Below, piece by piece: positions 14,528-17,014 of a stretch of DNA of 17,014 bases. The position numbers were made by a program, and so were the translations under genes. Origin of the DNA: a bacterium (lineage in GTDB: Bacteria > Hydrothermota > Tepidihabitantia > Tepidihabitantales > Tepidihabitantaceae). The stretch is from NCBI GenBank assembly GCA_046485285.1, contig JAWOHE010000075.1:1-17014 (forward strand). Reading direction: 5' to 3'. The notes below the pieces were generated by a model. That model worked only from the letters and a program-made list of their open reading frames with translations. It was not told the origin of the DNA and ran no database searches. The first letter of the stretch is position 1. Each line of letters opens with the position of its first letter.

Positions 14528-15472
14528 TCAGACCTTCAGCTCGACGTCCGAGCGGCTGAGCTGTTCGGCGTCGAAGACCTTCATGTGGTAGTGGCCGGCG
14601 AAGCTCCGCGCGTCATCGCTCAGCCGCGGCGAGGCGACCATGATGATGTCCTGCGCGCTGACGTCGTAGGCCTTCGCGTAGAGCTTGATGACCTCCTCGG
14701 AATCGACCGCCTCCTCCGCGCTCGCGAACCCGACGACGATCCGGTGTTCGAGCGGGCCGGATCGCTTCGTCGCCAGCAGGTCGAGCTCGTGCTCGGCGCC
14801 GGACCGGCCGGTCGCCCGCACCGCCTCCTGGACCTCGTAGCCCTCGCGGACAAGGTATTCACGGACCCTGGCCTTCGGGATCCGCTCGACCCGCATCCGG
14901 GCGAGCTGGGACTGGTTCACCGTGTAGCGGTAGAGAACCTCCTCGCGCAGCATCGCCTTGCCGAACGTCCGCCGGCAGGCCCGGCACTGCCACTCCTCGA
15001 CCGGCTGGTCGACCAGCTCCGAGCAGTCGACGCACCGGCGGCGCATCCCGAGGTCGTCGTAGTCGGTGCCGACCAGCACGAGGTCGACCCGGCACTTCGG
15101 GCAGGCGCGGGTCCCGCTCCGGTCGAAGTCCTCCTCCGGCGCCCGCATCCCGCACGCCTTGTGCTCGAGCATCCGGTTCCGGACCAGGTGCCGCGAGCCG
15201 CACTTCGGACAGCGGCTGATGAGCTTGAGTTCCTCGGAATTGCAGACCGGACAGAACTGGACGCAGTCGTGAAACTCCCGCCGCAGGTAGCCGAGCCGGT
15301 GCAGGTCCTCGAGCATCCGGGCCGCGTAGCCGGCGTCGATGCCCAGCCGCCCCTCGACCGCGGGGTAGCTGGCCCAGCCGTCACTGCGCGGGGCGAAGAT
15401 CGGCTCGAGCGTCGCGTTGCCGGCCTCGGTCAGCAACTCGAAAAGTCGCACGACCCTCGGGTCATTCAGCAC
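14528..15472 (-). CDS. Multi-Zn-ribbon (TackOD1-like) protein with a C-terminal Mrr-like restriction-endonuclease-fold domain
   Basis: CPVC, CPKC, HKAC, CPKC, CVDC and CRAC pairs. C-terminal YLVREGYEV...GRSGAEHELDLLA...IIMVASPRLSDDARSFA. Confidence 0.7.
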   Translation of the reverse strand: MLNDPRVVRLFELLTEAGNATLEPIFAPRSDGWASYPAVEGRLGIDAGYAARMLEDLHRLGYLRREFHDCVQFCPVCNSEELKLISRCPKCGSRHLVRNRMLEHKACGMRAPEEDFDRSGTRACPKCRVDLVLVGTDYDDLGMRRRCVDCSELVDQPVEEWQCRACRRTFGKAMLREEVLYRYTVNQSQLARMRVERIPKARVREYLVREGYEVQEAVRATGRSGAEHELDLLATKRSGPLEHRIVVGFASAEEAVDSEEVIKLYAKAYDVSAQDIIMVASPRLSDDARSFAGHYHMKVFDAEQLSRSDVELKV

Positions 15473-15478
15473 GGGGTC

Positions 15479-15506
15479 AGTATAGGCCTCCGGCCCGGAC
15501 CGTCAA
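15479..15506 (-). promoter_or_regulatory. Leaderless sigma70-type promoter for the Zn-ribbon-lspA-desulfurase operon
   Basis: Minus strand TTGACG (15506-15501), 16-nt spacer, TATACT (15484-15479), then 6 nt to GTG 15472. Confidence 0.7.
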
Positions 15507-15520
15507 GTCGCCGGCGCTGA

Positions 15521-15549
15521 TTGCCACTGCCCCGGCCCGCGGCTATAAT
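15521..15549 (+). promoter_or_regulatory. Leaderless sigma70-type promoter for the DUF362 gene
   Basis: TTGCCA (15521-15526), 17-nt spacer, TATAAT (15544-15549), then 8 nt to ATG 15558. No SD. Confidence 0.75.
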
Positions 15550-15557
15550 TCCCTGTT

Positions 15558-16682
15558 ATGACCCCACGCGCCAAGGTCGCCGTCCTCCGAACGCGGCCGG
15601 AGACGGTGCTCGACGACTACCGCCGACTGCTTCGGCTCGCCGAGGCGGACCGCTTCCTCAAGCCCGGCGTCACCACCATCCTCAAGGACAACATCTCCTG
15701 GCACTACCCCGCGCCCGCGGCCAACACCACCCCCTGGCAGCTCGAAGGCACCATCCTCGGGCTCAAGGACCTCGGCTACCACGACCTCTCGGTCGTCCAG
15801 AACAAGACCGTCGTCATCGACACCCACAAAGGTGAGGACCTCAACGGCTACCTCCCCATCTTCAAGCACTACGACCTGCCGGTGCTCTACAACTTCAAGC
15901 CGGAGGATATGACCTGGGTCCCCTGCGAGCCGAAGGCGGAGATGCTCGTGCTCCGCGACATCTACCCGGAGGGCATCCGCATCCCGGACTACTTCTGCGG
16001 CAAGAACATCGTCCACCTCCCGACCGTCAAGTGCCACATCTACACCACCACCACCGGCGCGATGAAGAACGCCTTCGGCGGCCTGCTCGCCACCCACCGC
16101 CACTACACCCACAGCTGGATTCACCAGACGCTGGTGGACCTGCTCAAGATCCAGCGCGAAATCCACCCCGGCATGCTCGCGGTGATGGACGGCACCACCG
16201 CCGGCAACGGCCCCGGCCCGCGGACGATGGACCCGCAGGTCAAGAACGTCATCCTCGCCTCCGGCGACCAGGTCGCGATCGACGCGGTCGCGGCCAAGAT
16301 GATGGGCTTCGACCCCCTCTCCATCGGGTACATCCGGCTCGGCCATGAAAACGGCCTCGGCGTCGGCGACGTCCGGGAAATCGAGATTGTCGGCGACGAC
16401 GTCTCGGGCGAGAACTGGAACTTCGCGGTCGGCCGCAGCTTCCACAAATTCCTCGGCTGGCTCTCCTGGTACGGCCCGACCAGGTTCCTCCAGAAGCTCC
16501 TCTTCCGCACCTGGTTCGTCAACATCCCGATCTTCGTCTCCGAGGCCAACCACGACTTCATCCACTGGCCGCTCAGAGACTCAAAGCTCTACCAGAAATG
16601 GCGCGCCGAGACTCCCTGGGGTCGGCTCTTCGCGCAGTACCAACAGCACGGCCACATGGCCGGCCGCCCGGTCGAACCCTAG
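15558..16682 (+). CDS. DUF362 domain-containing protein
   Basis: ILKDNISWH, NTTPWQLEG, HLPTVKCHIYTTTTGAMKNAFGGLL, VMDGTTAGNGPGP and ILASGDQVAIDAVAAKMMGFDP. Confidence 0.88.
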   Translation: MTPRAKVAVLRTRPETVLDDYRRLLRLAEADRFLKPGVTTILKDNISWHYPAPAANTTPWQLEGTILGLKDLGYHDLSVVQNKTVVIDTHKGEDLNGYLPIFKHYDLPVLYNFKPEDMTWVPCEPKAEMLVLRDIYPEGIRIPDYFCGKNIVHLPTVKCHIYTTTTGAMKNAFGGLLATHRHYTHSWIHQTLVDLLKIQREIHPGMLAVMDGTTAGNGPGPRTMDPQVKNVILASGDQVAIDAVAAKMMGFDPLSIGYIRLGHENGLGVGDVREIEIVGDDVSGENWNFAVGRSFHKFLGWLSWYGPTRFLQKLLFRTWFVNIPIFVSEANHDFIHWPLRDSKLYQKWRAETPWGRLFAQYQQHGHMAGRPVEP

Positions 16683-16691
16683 CCCGGCCCG

Positions 16692-16820
16692 GTCATCCCG
16701 ACCGACCGCCGCACGGCACCTTCCCGTCATCCCGACCGGAGGATCGCAGGCCCGAAGTGGAGAGATTCCTTCCCGCTGGCTGTCACTTCGACCGGAGCGC
16801 AGCGAAGTGGAGGAATCCCT
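16692..16820 (+). repeat. Cluster of REP-like GTCA(T/C)..CGACCG repeats
   Basis: gtcatcccgaccg (16692, truncated), gtcatcccgaccggag...cgaagtggagagattcc (16726), gtcacttcgaccggagcgcagcgaagtggaggaatccc (16782). Confidence 0.75.
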
Positions 16821-16831
16821 CTCCGCTGTAC

Positions 16832-17014
16832 TGCTTCACGCGAAATGGGACAAAACGGGCATTGGATCTAGAGAGTCCTTTGCCTGTTTTGCGGTCCGCT
16901 TCTGCCCGTCCTGAGACGAGCGGTTGAGGGCCAGGTTCGTCTGCCGGCGATGTTCCCGGGCCGCCGCCGTCTTCTGCGCCCTTTCCGCCAGGAGCGCATG
17001 CGGATTACCACGAT
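16832..17014 (-). mobile_element. Probable terminal part of an insertion sequence (IS3/IS481-like transposase C-terminus plus terminal IR)
   Basis: Minus frame 17012-16836 reads RGNPHALLAERAQKTAAAREHRRQTN...LSHFA*, resembling integrase-core transposase tails. The stop lies inside the candidate end TGCTTCACGCGAAATGGGACA (16832-16852). Recognised by eye only. Confidence 0.5.

Noticed and set aside
16345-16927. ORFs 16345-16914 and 16598-16927
   Set aside because: They overlap DUF362 out of frame and run through the REP-like repeats, with no protein-like features.

Overview
GC-rich bacterial chromosomal window with mostly housekeeping and accessory genes. In order: a minus-strand lipoprotein running off the left edge (missing from the ORF track), a tandem-GNAT acetyltransferase, an M24 Xaa-Pro peptidase, efp, accC (no accB between them), a TPR protein, a hypothetical protein, a SpoIVB/S55-like peptidase, a beta-propeller/Ig-like protein and archease. 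Then a minus-strand operon (TackOD1-like Zn-ribbon/Mrr-like protein, lspA, cysteine desulfurase), a DUF362 protein, REP-like repeats and probably the end of an IS at the right edge. The most striking unannotated signal is a set of small palindromic elements sitting inside open reading frames. Family A is a 24/27-nt hairpin, CCTGCCCGC-N6/N9-GCAGGCGGG, with 8 copies: 6 clearly coding, 1 probably coding and 1 intergenic, read in four different frames. Family B is a 100-nt four-hairpin element with 2 inverted copies at 89% identity, stop-free in all six frames. Both occur in accessory genes and avoid the core enzyme genes. Other notable points are an EF-P lacking the PGKG loop, an extended inverted repeat around accC, and several leaderless sigma70-type promoters. 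Family assignments come from motif recognition by eye, not from database searches.
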